Of a DNA stretch of 64,000 nt, positions 23,925 to 36,050 are shown piece after piece; position 1 is the first letter of the stretch; each line of letters opens with the position of its first letter. The translations under genes and the position numbers were made by a program. The notes beneath the pieces were generated by a model that saw only the letters and a program-made list of their open reading frames with translations, did not search any database and was not told the DNA's origin. The DNA is from Heterodontus francisci (Eukaryota): the NCBI RefSeq assembly GCF_036365525.1, contig NC_090404.1:12428550-12492549 (forward strand), in the 5' to 3' direction.

Positions 23925-24990
23925 TTCTCAATCTTCTTTGAATGAAACCGAGGCTTCAAATATACCGATGATTTTCAGCGGGTTGTCACTTTTGTAAATG
24001 AACATTTTCGTATACTCTGGTTTGCAGAGAATAGGGCAATTTTCAACTTTGTTGAAGATTTTGTCTCCAATGACATCTGTGTCAATGACAGTATCTACGT
24101 CCAAGCTGCCAATGGTTACTGTCACACGTGGCTGTTTGCTGTGTCTGAGAGAAAACAAAAGTATATTCAGGGCCATCCAACTTTTTCATGTGATGCACAT
24201 ACGTGACACCCTTCTGCTGGTATTGGTCTGAGTAGTTGATTTTGCTGATGAGCGACAAATACGAGCAAAGTGGTTGGGTTTTCCAAAAGCTTTGTACTGT
24301 GAGAGTTGTGAGTCTTTGGAACTCTCTTCCCCAGAGGTGGAGGCAGGGTCATTGAATATTTTTAAGTCAGAAGTAGCTAAATTCTTGAATAACAAAGGAG
24401 TCAAAGGGTATCGGGGTACTTGGGAAAGTTGGTTTGAGATCACAATCATATCAGCCATGATCTTATTAAATGGCACAGCAAGCTCATAGGGTCCAAATGG
24501 CCTACTTCTGCACTTAATTGGTACATTCGTATCTTCATACGTTTAACATTAGAAGGGCGCTCTGTCTGGTGTGAAAGCATTCTTTGGACAAGTCGCAGCT
24601 CTGTTTGTGAGACGGCTGTTGTCGCATTGCTGGTGGTTTCCAGGCACATGAGTGATGAATAGTCTTCACAGGAGTTGCACTTCGAGTGTGGTAGTTAATG
24701 TGAGCAGCCTCAACTTTAGGAGCTCTGGACTCTGACAGCGATAGTGATCTTGCTAACTCCAACAGCTCTGACAGCTTTCTATCGTTCTCGAGTGCTTTTT
24801 AGCCTAGTTGACTGGAGAAACAGCTTTTGATTATTTGTGTTTTGGTTTCCTGTTGCACTTGTTCAAAATTACTGAAGTGCTTGCTAGTTACCTTAATCAC
24901 GTGCAATATTGGCCAATTGTCTCATTTGCTTATTACTTAGTATGTCGGAATACAATGGTTTCATTCATGATTTGTTCTGTTTTATTTTCA
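23925..24990 (-). mobile_element. gypsy-like LTR retrotransposon relic (gag zinc knuckle and protease), with a CR1 tail inserted at ~24307-24525
   Basis: YKAFGKPNHFARICRSS (decayed CX2CX4HX4C); VTVTIG..V..VIDT..PLKIIGIF.ASV protease-like segment. Confidence 0.65.
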
Positions 24991-25021
24991 CTTTCCCGTT
25001 GCTGGTATGTGTGTTCTACAG

Positions 25022-25339
25022 CAGCCTCTAGAGTACACAATGCACAGTACAATTGCAATTTCAAAACACGACACCAGCTCCGACTGAATTAACGTTTCGG
25101 GAAGGACAGAGCATAACACTGGAATGTAGTTACTCGACAACCTACACTAACCCACCTCTGTTGTGGGAAATCCAATATCGCAGAGAAGCTCTGAGAGATT
25201 AATGAAGAGATTAGGCTATGAGCAGGGAGATAAGTTTCCAGATTTCTCCAACAAGTTCTCTGCTGATTTGCACAAAGGATGCAATTATTGCCGCGGTCCT
25301 TCTCTCCAACACCGTCGGGTGTTTCTGTGCCATGAGTGC
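25022..25339 (+). pseudogene. TCR V pseudogene
   Basis: ..TELTFREGQSITLECSYSTTYTNPPLLW..FPDFSNKFSADL..FCAMS with frameshifts and a stop; RSS CAAACTG (25340-25346), 25 bp, ACAAAAACC (25372-25380). Confidence 0.8.
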
Positions 25340-25402
25340 CAAACTGCTGCAGAGATGCAGGGGATTCCCAAACAAAAACCTACACTGACAGTTCCAATTA
25401 GT

Positions 25403-25420
25403 GCTCAGCAGAGGGCGCTC
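25403..25420 (+). promoter_or_regulatory. CTCF-like motif just 3' of a V RSS
   Basis: TCAGCAGAGGGCGC, ~24 bp past the nonamer. Confidence 0.55.
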
Positions 25421-26331
25421 TCGCACCGATAAACAGAATCAATAATTCAGCCGCAGGGTCACAGGGACCTTCCAAAAAGATCACAAAACAGCACAACACT
25501 CAACTAGAACAGGTTAGGACCGCTTGGGGAATTATGTTAGTTGATTTCAACTCGCATTTATACTAAAGCTGAACTTAATAAATCCATTTGTGGCGCTTTA
25601 ATTTACTTTTTGTCCTTTGCTGCCCTTTCCGTGCCTGCCTGCAATATTGAGAATCCCTTTCCCCATCTCCCCTGTCAGTTTCCATGAGCTTTTGGCCGCG
25701 GCCTCTTCACAGGGTTTGTGTGTTCAGAGTGTGTGGCTGGTGCAGAGACAGTTTATACACAATGAACATATTTCGCAAGGTATTGTCTGTGATCTTTAAA
25801 ACAAGCGCCAAGCATAGAGTTCCTTCAATGTCCAGTGTGCTTCAGGGTGTCTCCTTAATGCTGTCACCGTTAGCAATCCTGAGCTTGCTGGTGATAATTA
25901 ACAGACCAGGGTTTCATTCCTGCCCCTGGTTTCTAACAGCGGAACCATTCCCCCTATAAGGATAGTGAGTGTAGACTAACTTGGGGTGTTTCCACTCACT
26001 GGCAGCCAGCTCACCACCTACTGGTCTCACAGCTCCACTGGGGACACAAGAAAATTTGCTGAGAGCAACCTGAGATACAACAGCAGATTATTGAGGGTGG
26101 GGATGAGAACAGATGTCTTCAAATATGTTTCTGTGCTGGATCTGTCTGTCCAATTTGATTTTGCAGTTTGTTTTCTCGGCCGCTCCTGGAAACAGTTGGA
26201 TCCGAGCTTAATTTGGTTTCCTCTCGGTGTGTGTTTGAGCGCCTGACAGCGCGCTGCACATTGTGGCTGCACATCTGCCCGCGATTCTACACAACCCCCA
26301 ACAGACCGGAGCTCCCACCCAGTCTAAAGAC

Positions 26332-26370
26332 AGTTTTTGTACAGGGGTGAGACTGCTTTCCATCACTGTG
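26332..26370 (-). promoter_or_regulatory. 23-RSS
   Basis: CACAGTG (26370-26364), 23-bp spacer, ACAAAAACT (26340-26332). Confidence 0.95.
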
Positions 26371-26836
26371 AGGCTGAGAGCGCAGTAATACACGGCAGCG
26401 TCAGTCAGCTGCAGCCCCGAGATGGTTAAACTGATGAATTTAGTCGAGGTCTGGAGCTTTACAGAGAAACGGCTCTCAGCAAAATCTGCTTTAACTTCAG
26501 CACCGCCTGAGTATTTCCACAGTATAAACTCGGGCTGTGTATCTGGGTGTTGCCGGTACCAGTATAAATAATAGTTGCTCTGTGTAGTATCATAGGTACA
26601 GTTTAAAGTTACCGCTTCTCCCTCGGCCTTAACATCTGAGGACAGCTGCTGAGTGACAGAATCTCCATGACTGCAATCTGAAAAACAAGTTTAAACAGGA
26701 AAAGATCAGACCGACGACTGTTTAAAATTCAGATTTAAACCATGTTTGAGAAATAAGAGAAAAGATGAAATGTGTTTAATCCGCAATTACCTGTCAGAAA
26801 TGCTCCCCACACAACCCAGATGCTGAGCAGCTGCAT
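26371..26836 (-). CDS. TRAV/TRDV: open TCR alpha/delta V segment (leader 26836-26791, V exon 26677-26371); only its 3' tip appears in the ORF track
   Basis: MQLLSIWVVWGAFLT/DCSHGDSVTQQLSSDVKAEGEAVTLNCTYDTTQSNYYLYWYRQHPDTQPEFILWKYSGGAEVKADFAESRFSVKLQTSTKFISLTISGLQLTDAAVYYCALS, no stops. Confidence 0.95.
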
Positions 26837-28027
26837 TGTCGCTGTCCGCTCTGTAAAAGGGGAGTTGGATATTTGAAGACACCCGTTCTAATCCCCACCC
26901 TCAATAATCTGCTGTCGTGTCTCAGGATTCTTCTACCTCACTTCCTTGTGTCCTCAGTGGTGCTGTGAGACCGGTAGGTGGTGAGCTGGCTGTCAGTGAA
27001 TGGAAACACCCCGAGCTGGGCTTCAGTCACTGTCCCGATATGGGAAATGGTTCCGCTGTTAGAGACGTGGGGCGGGGACTGAAACCCTTGTCTGGTTATT
27101 GTAATCGGAAACATGGGATTGTCAATGAATTTGATTCGTTCTGGCGTCAATTCTTCCTTTCAAATTCCAGTAGCTTCACCATTATCACAGATCTTCCTCA
27201 CCGATCAGTTCACTAGCGAAATATCAATGATTCTGTATTTTGCCAGAACGATTTATAGATCCGTCATGTTGGAAGGATGATATCTGCTGTGACTGAACAA
27301 ACAACTGAACATACATAAATAGAATAAACACTTGGTGTAATTTAGAAAGCGTTTCCAGCACTGTGGTTGCATTTAAAATAATATTTACATTCTTTCTGTT
27401 GAATTCTGGCACTTCGTGTTCGTAATTGTTAATTTGCGATTTTGGATTTGTGATAAACGGGAACTGAGGGAAAGGCGCACCCCTGCTTTTTAAAAACAAT
27501 TTCCAGCTCGTCGGCTGCAAATGGGCGGGAGAAGAGCGCGGGGAGTGGGTTCAAATGCTCCAGGACGGGTTCTCATTAAAATACTCAACACCAGCAGGAC
27601 ATGAAAAACTGTTGTTACAACTTTAGCTCCGATTAGTGAAAAGGAATAGAGCAGAAAAAGACACAAACTACAAGTGGTATCAGTTTGTATTTCACGCCTT
27701 TAACATCGATCTCCACTGATGGTACAGTTAACGGCTCTAAAAATCCAATCCCAGAGTGTGTCTGCCATTCACATTTTAATATTCTTTCCCCAACTTCCAT
27801 ACCTTCCACTCACTTGTCCTGTTCACTGGTTAGTGCCAAAAGCCAATCCTTTGATCTGTGGATGCTTCTTTGGTGAGGACTATTGTCCGATGTACCTTCC
27901 CAATCCATTGAGGCAAGTTGATTTCAACTATTAAAGTTCAATACATTCCAAAATTTACTCAGATTTTGGAGAAACAGAACTCACCTCGCTGCCCGGGGTC
28001 CGATCCAAATAAAGGAACAGTGTTATC

Positions 28028-28046
28028 TGACGCCCTCTGGTGGCTA
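28028..28046 (-). promoter_or_regulatory. CTCF-like motif
   Basis: GCCACCAGAGGGCGTC, close to the consensus. Confidence 0.65.
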
Positions 28047-28482
28047 TATTGAGAAATATTCAGATGTCCGTGAACAAGGCGTGAGAAATTCTGTGTTGAG
28101 ACATTGCCTGATCTGCCAGTTCCTGTTTATAGAAAGAGCGATTGGAATGGTTCTGAATTTATATGCCGAAGGTTTAGAACCTTTAATCTGTAGTCTGCAA
28201 GAAGGAAATGTATTCAATTATGGGTAAATCGTGGAGACAGGTGATAATGAAGAACACATAGACAGGGTAAGGGTATAGTAAAAGTTGAAGGGAGTCAAGG
28301 CATTAAGGATTGAAGATAAAGTTCATTTTTCTTATAAATGCGCGTTGTAATCACAAACTGATATAACTGCACAAAGGAGAATCGACTGCTCTTGTTTATT
28401 TTTGTGTTTTATTGCAATTTTAAGAAGGTTCCTGCGACTCTCACAGAGGAGGCTGAATTATTGCTTCTGTTTATCGGTGTGA

Positions 28483-28500
28483 GGGCGCCCTCTGGTGAGC
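28483..28500 (-). promoter_or_regulatory. CTCF-like motif just 3' of a V RSS
   Basis: TCACCAGAGGGCGCC, ~23 bp past the nonamer; flank is paralogous to 25385-25450. Confidence 0.6.
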
Positions 28501-28561
28501 TGTAACTGGAATTCTCCAGTGAATTTTTGTCTGCAATCTGCTTTTTCTCTGCAGCAGTGTG

Positions 28562-29540
28562 AGGCTCATGGCGCAGAAATACAGGGCGGTGTCAGAGATC
28601 AGGGCGCTGTGGATCGTTAGCTGGATAATCTTGGCAATTTTACTGAACGTAGAAGAAAATCGGTCAGTGAAGTCGAGGTTCCAGTATCCAGTTTACTATC
28701 CCTCTATAGAGATAAAACACGTACTGTGAGGCTGCCTGGGGCGCTGACTGTTGTGCCTAATACGCACTTACTCTTAAAGAATCCACGGAATCCGATTGAT
28801 GAAAGGTATATCAATATTTTATTCACAAACTATATCATCAAATACAAGCTCTCACTAACATGCACAGTATCAAAACTCACCAAAGTATAAGCTCTCACTA
28901 CTTGCACCTTATCCTCCCCATCAAGGCACGAGGTGATCAGTCTCGCACTTGTGGCTGCTCTACTGAGCCATTGACTCAGGGGTATCTTCTCGAGAGTTCT
29001 TCCCCGGGGTTCTCGTGCCTTTCCCAGTTTCAGTCAGGGATTAAATCTTGTTTCCAAAACCCTCCCCTCTTACTTACTCATAGGGGCATAATGACATAAT
29101 GAAAATTCCTTATTTGGCTCAGTGAGAACCTGTTCAACATTTTACAATTTCCCATCGTCTACTATGAGTCTAATCATATCTGGTGTCCATGACGACTCCT
29201 TTATCTGCTACGTGCAAGGACAGTGTCTGGGATCACAATATGTCTTTTCTATACTGTCTACAATTCCTCAGCCATCCGTGTGCTGTGACGCCTTTCTACC
29301 CAGCCTCCCCGCACCCCCATGCTTTAACACACTGTTCATTGTTGTGTGACTTCCCCTTTGTTTAAACGAAGTTCTTATGTGTTTTTACTATATGTGTTTT
29401 TACTGGATCTACATGACTATACCAGAATATAGAAGGGTTAGCAGTTCTTGTTTTCAAGGAACAGGTTAGTGTGATATAACTTTCCTCTTCAACCATTATT
29501 TCAGGAAACTGCTGTTCCAATGTGTCTCGGTGGCTCCATT
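28562..29540 (-). pseudogene. TCR V pseudogene split by a solo LTR
   Basis: 5' half WSHRDTLEQQFPEIMVEEESYITLTCSLKTRTANPSIFWYS (29540-29414); 3' half QRPRQP..QYVF..DFTDRFSSTFSKIAKIIQLTIHSALISDTALYFCAMS; RSS CACACTG, 24 bp, ACAAAAATT (28561-28522). Confidence 0.88.
28749..29413 (-). mobile_element. solo LTR (665 bp)
   Basis: TG...CA termini; 4-bp TSD TGAC at 28745-28748 and 29414-29417; AATAAA on the minus strand near 28820; removing it restores V FR2 WYSQRP. Confidence 0.8.
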
Positions 29541-30104
29541 CTAATATACAAAAATATTAACAGTCACTATGAGAATCAACATCATCAACATCACCATCAC
29601 TATCTTTTTACCTATAATAACAGCTCTGCCACGGCAGACAGGGTGGAGAATAGATTCTTATTGAGAAGGGAGTACTTACTGAGAAGAGATGCAATAAAGA
29701 GATGCGGTGTCAGACAGTCCCACATGATGGATCCTGAGCCTGTAACTTTGCAGTCTGGAAAACGTTCTGTCAGAGCAGGAATACAGAACCCCGTCCCACT
29801 GTGTTTCCAATCTAACACCAAACAAGGAACAGCAGCATCAATCTCTCCAATAAAACAGGTCAGTAAAGAAAGATCAGAGAGAGCGAGAGCGAGAGAGAGA
29901 GCGAGCAGTAATCTAAAGCTATGGGTGAGGCTGCCACCAACTCCTGTTTGAGTTCACTCAAGATCCTGTGTGACAGCAGCAAGTGTGCGATGATGCTTAC
30001 ATGAACTCAGTGTTGAAGTGGAAAGGAAGGTGGTTGGATGCCAAATTTCTGTTGCCAGGCTGCTCCTGCTTACTGTTCAAGTGACTGGGAGAAAAATGAA
30101 GGGA

Positions 30105-30630
30105 ATTGAAGTATAAGATCATTGAGCACCGAATGATGCCATTCGGCCCATCATACCTGTGCCGGCTCTTTGAAAGAGATATCACCTTAGTCTTACTCTC
30201 CACGCTCTTTCCACACAGCCCTGCATTTTCCCCGATCAAGTACATATACAGTTCTCTTTTGAAAATTACGATTGACTTTGCTTCCTCCACGCTTTCGTGG
30301 AGTGCATCCCAAATCATGACAATGGCAATGTAAAACATAAATTTCCTTTCCCATGCCTTTTTTGTCCATTCCCTTAAACCTTGATCCTTGGGATATCAAA
30401 CTTCCAGCCATTGGAAGCAGTTACATGTAATATATTCTATCAAAAACCGATATCATTTTGATGCTCATAATTAAAACTCACTTAATCTTCTTTGATGTAA
30501 GGACAATAATTGCAGTTTCTCTACCTCCCCATAAATCCCTCATCCCTGGTCCAAGTCTATTCAATCTCCTCTGTATCCTCTCCAGGGCCTTGATAGCCTC
30601 CTTGAAGTGGGGATTGAAAGATCTTCAACC
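30105..30630 (-). mobile_element. decayed CR1 3' fragment
   Basis: Tail GGGCCGAATGGC and a WDAL..SVEEA.SI..FKREL remnant. Confidence 0.65.
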
Positions 30631-31730
30631 ATCCGTTATTTTGCCTTAACATTATTTACAAGGATTCGTGACCTCTTAAAATTGAGCTGTGCAGTAATGC
30701 GAGTATTATTAATATTCATCAAAGCAATTGTCCTTGCTCTGATAGTGCAGGCCTTGCCTTATGAGCTCCGCAACATTAGCCCCTGTAGGAATCATATTTC
30801 AATAGCCTCTCTGTCCCTACCTGCAGATGGGACGTTTCATTGCATTAAAGCCGCCATACAAATACAAATTATTGATGTAAACATGAGGAAAATCAATTTT
30901 ATGCAAAAAGTTTTTTATACCTGACAGGGCAGCTGAAGCAGATTCAATTGTAATATTCAATAGTACAGACAATTTGATGAATACTTGATGTGCAAAAATT
31001 ACGTATCAAGCAGACAGTTTGTGTATGTTCTTTGAAATTGTTCCGATCAGGCAGATGAACGTATTGTCTCCAGGTGGACATTAGGACCCTGCGGCAGCCC
31101 ATCCGTGCTGAGGTCAATTAAACCATCGGTCATGTTGATGAGGGCCTGTGCTCCTGAAGTTTCCTTTTCCCAGAGCAGCTGTGTCAGTTCTGTCAGTAGA
31201 GGCTGCCGCCCTCCTTTCCCCCACGGTAATGAGCTGGGAGGTCGCTCCATGTGTTTTTATTGGGTGGTGTTTGTTGAGGGTGGAATGTGGGCCCAGGACA
31301 CCGGGAGAATCCCTCCTCCCTGCTTTTATTCCAATAGTGCCGGTGATTCTTTAACATCTCCCTGAACGGGCTGGCGGGGCCTCGGTTAAACGTGAGACAG
31401 TCCAGTGACATTGTCAATATCCAGGCAGATATACAGAATATACACAAAGACTAATGTGGGAGGGGATTTCACATCGGGCTCACAGACTCAATGAAGCGAC
31501 AGAAAACTGCTGGTTCCCTCTTTAAACCAGTCGCTTATTCACACAACACACAGCCAGAGACCCGGGAACCATGCGGCCCATCAATGGTCTGCGGGACACT
31601 GTCCTCTGCAAATCAACTCGACCGCCTGAAGTATTTCAGTCCAGCTCTGAGGTCCAGTCTCCCAGAGCAGTCCAGGGCTGCAGTCTCCAGCTCCCCATCA
31701 TAGAAACCATCAGCTCCACGCAGCAGAACG

Positions 31731-32201
31731 ATGGGAATCCTTGTTTTCACCCTGTATGTCTGTTTACCCAGTGAGTACCGATCAAACACACCGACATTGT
31801 ATGAATTTAATATTAAGCTGCCCGAGTCCATCCGAATTACAGTCACTGTCTGGGGTTTGAGCCTCGTTGTGTGGTTCGGCTCTGATGGCCCACTAAACTC
31901 TCTGTTTAATTTCTAGTCTCTTTCAGTCAGTCAGTGACACAGACCCCGGAAGCGGTGACCAGGATGGAGTATCAGTCTCTCACCATCACCTGTGTTTACT
32001 GTGGTGGATTTTGGAATTATGATTTCCTAAATGGACGTTTCTTCAGACAAACCCACAAGGGACAGAGCGGGAGCGGATCTCCGGTGGAGGGCGATTTGAT
32101 GTGTCGGTGAATAAGGCAGAAAAGACATTTTCGCTGAAAATTCGGGATGAAAGTTGAAGACATCGCCACCTATTACTGTAAAGCTGAATACTTGTACAAC
32201 A
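31731..32201 (+). pseudogene. NAR-TCR (IgNAR-like) V segment, frameshifted (leader 31731-31770, V exon 31917-32201)
   Basis: MGILVFTLYVCLP/ISFSQSVTQTPEAVTRMEYQSLTITCVYCGGFWNYDFLNGRFFRQT/TERERISGGGRFDVSVNKAEKTFSLKIRD/KVEDIATYYCKA: VNAR-type loss of the CDR2 region, ISxGGR motif and YYCKA; frameshifts near 32058 and 32149. Confidence 0.9.
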
Positions 32202-32239
32202 CACAGTGATGGGCCTCGGCTTCCCATGGTACTAAAACT
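32202..32239 (+). promoter_or_regulatory. 23-type RSS (22-bp spacer) of the NAR V
   Basis: CACAGTG, 22 bp, ACTAAAACT. Confidence 0.85.
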
Positions 32240-32583
32240 CTCATTCCAGATTATCATAGAAACAAATGAAAAGGCGGAGTTAATCTGCAGTTAAACCTTA
32301 CAGTTCTGCCTCGCACCGTCTTTCCACAATCGCGATTAGAATGAGATTGGATTATTGCCATTAACATCTTGAGTTTTATATCTGCCCAGTGTGACAGTGA
32401 ATGGTGATGTCATTCCCGGCATTGGTGTCAGTGAATGGCGATTGGAAATGACTGATCCCAGTTACAAATCCAGTTGGGATCCTGATCTAACAGCTAGAAC
32501 GGGAACCGCATTCCCAACCATTTAACCAATGTCCCCACATCTCACCAAGTACCAGGAGATTTTCAGTTGAGTGAAACATTGTG

Positions 32584-32599
32584 TTTGCTTGGGAAAAGT
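32584..32599 (+). other. D gene segment (TTTGCTTGGGAAAAGT) with 12-type RSSs on both sides
   Basis: 3' RSS CACAGTG (32600-32606), 12 bp, ACAAATACC (32619-32627); 5' heptamer CATTGTG (32577-32583) with a weak nonamer AGATTTTCA 11 bp upstream. Confidence 0.8.
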
Positions 32600-32982
32600 C
32601 ACAGTGAATGAGACCTGAACAAATACCTCTGTGCAATTAATATATAAATTTCCCGGGACGGATCCTGAATTGTAGGGTTTGATGTTATTATCGCTGCAAT
32701 ATGGTCTAATTTTAGTGTCATTTCCTCCTTTATATTATCTTTGCCTGACATTTTTCCCCGTTTAGATGAAGCGCCCATCCCCAGCCCGCGTTCTTGGGAC
32801 ATCTTACTGAGAGCTCAGAGTCTCACAAAGAACAATTTGAACCGACAGGGAATGTGAAACGTGGAATATTGTTTAAAATCCATGGAATAATTGGGCAGCG
32901 CTGACTGTCTGGTGATGTGTGACCGGCAGATTGAGGTGTCGGTAGTTCTTGTATCGGGGTGACTGAAACCGGTGTCACTGTG

Positions 32983-33035
32983 TTACGAGACTAGATACGT
33001 GGATGGATCCGGGACGGTGGTGACTGTCACAGCCG
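32983..33035 (+). CDS. NAR-type J gene segment
   Basis: RSS AGTTCTTGT (32944-32952), 23 bp, CACTGTG (32976-32982); encodes YETRYVDGSGTVVTVTA; phase-1 donor GTAAGT at 33036. Confidence 0.92.
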
Positions 33036-33439
33036 GTAAGTGATTCTAAACCACGCCATGTTATGGACTAACCTGGTGAATGTTCACCCTCAGTTTAATA
33101 TCACGATAAATATCACCTCAATCCCTTGAAAATAAAACAGAGTAGTTTCCTAATGAACCTTTTCCATTGTAGTTTTAAATTCAGGGCAGACTGTGAACCG
33201 GCAGTAAGGTCTAGGTTTCAGTTTGGAAAAAGGACGTGTGAGATTCCCACAGAGAAGGCAGTCTGCGGGGTGCTGACACCATCTGGAACATCACCGGTTT
33301 AACGTGAACATCGGAGAATCCCCAAAACATCCCAGACTCTTTCTCACTCTGATCCACAGTTGGTTGAAATGAGCGCAGATTATCGATACTCCAGCTTCCG
33401 CTCCCGCTCTTCCCTGTGACTGAGGAAGCTCTGTCTGTT

Positions 33440-36050
33440 CCTGTGAGTACGGCACCTGTGGATTGGAAGGTAGTAAATGTAAACCAGTGGTTCAAGAAAG
33501 GAGGGAAAGAGAAAAGAGAACCATCTAGCATCAGGAATGTAGAAAATATTAAAATCTATTATTAGAGTAATGGTAATAGTGCAATTGGAAAATCGTAATT
33601 TGTTTAGGCAGAATCGACATGGATTTATAAAAGAGAAAGGCAAATTTATTCGAGCTTTTTGAGGTTTCACTCGGAGGATAGTTAAAAAGGAACCAGTGGA
33701 TGCAGTATATTTGGATTTCCAGAAGGCATTCAATAACGTGCCACACAGGATTAGGACTCATGGGATTGGGAGTAATATTTTAGCATAGATTTAGGATTTG
33801 TTGAGTGATAGGAAATAGGGAGTAGGAAATAAACAGGCCATTTTGGGGATGGCAGTGTGTAACTAGAGGCGTGACACTAGTATCTATGCGTGGGCCTTAG
33901 CTATTTCCTAACTATATCAGTGACTTAGATTAGGGTAGCGAGGGTAATACATCCAAATTTGCTAACAATAGAAAGATGAGAGGTAAGTAAGTTGTGAGGA
34001 GGATGCAAAGAAGCTGTAAAGGGATAAAGATAGGTTAAGTGAATGGGCAAGAAAGTGGCAGGTTGAGGATAATGCGGGAAAATGTGAAATTATTGCATAT
34101 GCAGGATTACATAGGAAATACGGCACAGAAACAGGCCATTTGGCCCAACCAGTCCATGCTGGCCTTTATGCTCCAATTGAGCCTCCTCCCATCTTTCCTC
34201 ATCTAAATCTATCATCGTAACTCTCTATGCCCTTCTCCCTTATTGCATGTCGATCTTCCTTGTAAATGCATCTATACTATTCGTTTCAACCACTCCCTGT
34301 GGTGGCGAGATTCACTTTCTCGCCACTCTCTGAGTAAAGAAGATTCTTCTGAATTCCCTATTGCATTTCTTTGTGACAATCTTATATTATTCTACACAAG
34401 TGGAAATATTCTCCCTGCATCCACTTTATCAAATCCTTCCATAATTTCAAAGGCGTCTATTCGGTCACACTTTGGCCTTCTTTTATCAAGAAAAAAGAGA
34501 CTCAGCCTATTCATCCTTTCCTGATATGTACACCCCCACATTTCTGTTATCATCCTTATCAATTTTCTCTGCATCCTCTCCATTGCCTCCATATACTTTT
34601 TTATAATATGGCGACCAAAACTGCACACTGTACTTTAAGTGGGTCTAACCAAGGTTTAGCATAACTTCCCTACTTTGTAATTCTAGCCCTCTAGAATTGA
34701 AGCTTCGGGCTTGGTTTGCTTTTATGCCCTTGCTAACCTGAGATGCAAATTTTAGTGTTTGATATATTGGTAATTCGAAGTACCTTTGTCCTCTACCCAA
34801 CCTAGACTCGCATTTTCCAAGTAATAAGTGATTTCCCTATTCTTGCTTCCAAAGTGTAATACCTCACTTCTTTCTGTGTTGAATTTCATTTTCCAATTAT
34901 TTTCCCATTATGCAGTGTCCTCCTGTAATATGTTACGGTCCACCTCAGGATTAACTACCCCCTCACCCCATACACATCCCACCCCACATAATTTGGTGTC
35001 AAATTTTGAAATTGTGCTTTTGATTCCAAAGTCCAATCGTTAATGTAAACTGAGAACAGCAGTGGTCTCAGCACTGATATATAATACCACTTCTTACTTT
35101 CTGCCACTCTGAATAAATACCCTTCACTCCCACGATCTGCTTTCTGTCTCTAAGTAAGCTGACAATCTATGCTGTCACTAGTTTCTTGACTCCACATTCT
35201 CTGACGTTATTCTTTAGTCTATTATGGGATACTTGATCGAAGGTCTCTTCATTTTATTTATTTTTGTTGAAAATGCAGAGAAATTACATCTACTGCATTT
35301 CCATTGTTTATTCTCACTGTTACCTCCTCAAAACTTCAACAATCCTATCCACTTTGATAGGAAGAATGGAAAACTGAATATTTGTAAAAGGTGAGAGAGT
35401 AGCAAATATTGTTATTCAGAGGGATTTGGTGTAACTTGTACAGGAATCATCATCACAGAACGTTGACATGCAGGTACAGCAAACAATTAGGAAGGGAATT
35501 AGTATGTTAGCCTTTATTGCAAGATCCTTGGAGTATATGAGTGCAGAAGTCTTGTAGCAATTCTCCAGTGCTTTGCTGAGTCCGAACCTGGTGTGGTAAT
35601 TGACTGAACATCCAGAGCCCTCTAGGTTAGACAAGTCCAATGATTCACAATTGTCTGAGTGAAGAAATGTCTCCTGACCCCAATCCGAAATGAGTCACTC
35701 CTTATCCTCGGACTTTGACTCTTAGTTCTCGGCTCTCCACATCGGCCATGTGGCTGGCTATTGGTCATCTCTCATGTTATTAACTTTTATTCTTAATAAC
35801 ACCATAAAACAATTCAGGAGAAACTTCACCTCGCAGGCAGTGGTTGGAATGTGAAACTTGTTATCGGGTGGAGTAGTTGAGGTGAACAGGTCAGTGCATT
35901 CAAGGCAAAGCTCCCGTAACATTTGAGGGTGCAAACAATAGAATGATATCATGATAGGGTGAGATGAATAGCTTTAATGGAGGCTCGTGTGGAGCATAAA
36001 CATTGGCATGGACCAGTTGGGCCAAATGGCCTAGTTCTGTGCTATACATT
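33440..36050. mobile_element. patchwork of decayed CR1 fragments in both orientations
   Basis: DFQKAF, ERMQRK..R and RRPKCD remnants, plus several CR1 tails. Confidence 0.7.

Larger units (their letters stand above)
25770..27830 (-). repeat. segmental duplication arm 2; contains inverted-repeat arms 25871-26126 and 26869-27124
   Basis: Reverse-complement similarity to 17260-19385. Confidence 0.85.
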
